Below the pieces are notes generated by a model. That model was not told the origin of the DNA. It searched no databases and saw only the letters and a program-made list of their open reading frames with translations. From positions 630,001 to 662,000 of the forward strand of contig NZ_CP025989.1 of assembly GCF_003072485.1 (NCBI RefSeq): DNA of 32,000 bases. Direction: 5' to 3'. Numbering within the stretch: position 1 is the first letter of the stretch; every line of letters begins with the position of its first letter. This document shows positions 31,183 to 32,000 of the stretch, piece by piece. The position numbers were made by a program, and so were the translations under genes. This DNA is from Candidatus Fokinia solitaria (lineage in GTDB: Bacteria; Pseudomonadota; Alphaproteobacteria; Rickettsiales; Midichloriaceae).

Positions 31183-32000
31183 ATGTACCTAATACGGGCA
31201 TTCAAAGTAATATTGATCATCTATAAGAAATCTATTCAAAATCTCCTGGAAAAAAATGCGTACGAATATTCAGGGTATCTCGTTTTTTTGATATTGCTCG
31301 GTCTCTTTCCTTCTCTGATTTTTTTTACTGCGGTCAGTACCTTAGTTGCAACGCAGTATCGAGATCTTTTTCATGTCACATTAGATATTGACGAATTCAT
31401 TACAAATTCATTGCTAAGCAGTAAAGCGCATGCATTCGTAGATAGCGTTAGCAACAGAATTCTTGAAATACTACGCACACCACCGGAAAGCATGCTGACA
31501 TTCGCAATGTTAAGCGCTATATGGAGTGCTTCTGGATTATTTGACGGGATCTTACTATACGTGTACATGATATACGGTACAACGGAAGACTGTCATTATA
31601 TAAGAAGAAGAATTATCAGCATACTGCAATTCATGGCTTTTTCACTACTTCTAATATTCTTTATTTTATGTTTTAAGCTAATTCCACTTGTATTAATACA
31701 GTGTGCGCAATTTATAAAATTGGAAAGCACGTTATATGATATATTGAACTTTGTTATCAAAATTGAACATTACGTCCCTACGGTATATATCGCACTATTT
31801 GGAATGCTATCATACATACATTACACCTTTCCAAGGCAACATGTGAAAATACGACAAATTATGCCAGGAGTAGTGAATACTATACTTTTTTGGGAAATTT
31901 TTTCTGAAATCTTCGGATATTATATACAAAGCGCAGGACAGCTTAACATCATATATGGAAGCATGGTAGGCATCTCCATATCGATCTTATACATATATTT
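31183..32000 (+). CDS. YihY/BrkB family inner-membrane protein (3'-truncated by window end)
   Basis: Open frame from ATG 31183: MYLIRAFKVILIIYKKSIQNLLEKNAYEYSGYLVFLILLGLFPSLIFFTAVSTL...AIWSASGLFDGILLYVYMIY...PGVVNTILFWEIFSEIFGYYIQSAGQLNIIYGSMVGISISILIYI; missing from the ORF track because it has no stop in the window. Confidence 0.85.
   Translation, partial: MYLIRAFKVILIIYKKSIQNLLEKNAYEYSGYLVFLILLGLFPSLIFFTAVSTLVATQYRDLFHVTLDIDEFITNSLLSSKAHAFVDSVSNRILEILRTPPESMLTFAMLSAIWSASGLFDGILLYVYMIYGTTEDCHYIRRRIISILQFMAFSLLLIFFILCFKLIPLVLIQCAQFIKLESTLYDILNFVIKIEHYVPTVYIALFGMLSYIHYTFPRQHVKIRQIMPGVVNTILFWEIFSEIFGYYIQSAGQLNIIYGSMVGISISILYIY

Noticed and set aside
31371-31568. 65-aa minus-strand ORF
   Set aside because: Antisense to the open YihY/BrkB family frame that starts at 31183 and runs off the window.

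Overview
This 32 kb AT-rich window has the layout of a reduced alphaproteobacterial genome, most consistent with a Rickettsiales-type endosymbiont. That assignment is inferred from the 23S-5S block being unlinked from 16S, scattered nuo genes and AT-rich ORFs. Housekeeping genes read from the sequence: lgt, queA, dnaE, pyrH, an amino-acid-type ABC ATPase, rsmH, a likely ftsL, recF, nuoG, gshB, a GNAT acetyltransferase, metG, a stand-alone PolA-type 5'-3' exonuclease, murI, nuoD, a UvrD/PcrA-like helicase, a PhoB/OmpR-family response regulator, and a truncated YihY/BrkB family gene at the right edge. RNA genes are tRNA-Gln(UUG), tRNA-Met(CAU), tRNA-His(GUG), 5S and 23S rRNA. No transposase, CRISPR array or recognisable defence system was found. 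The accessory content most worth a second look is: (1) a tandem pair of Gln-rich coiled-coil proteins (2606-5030) with a near-identical C-terminus and a shared core, which also appears to match a divergent third protein at 21077-21961 carrying different expanding repeats; (2) a duplicated sequence block ending exactly 6 nt from the 3' ends of two different stable RNA genes (5S and tRNA-His), one copy inside a small ORF that runs into 5S; (3) a stand-alone PolA exonuclease domain with no polymerase domain adjacent; (4) small oddities in MurI, tRNA-Met and the rsmH/ftsL arrangement.
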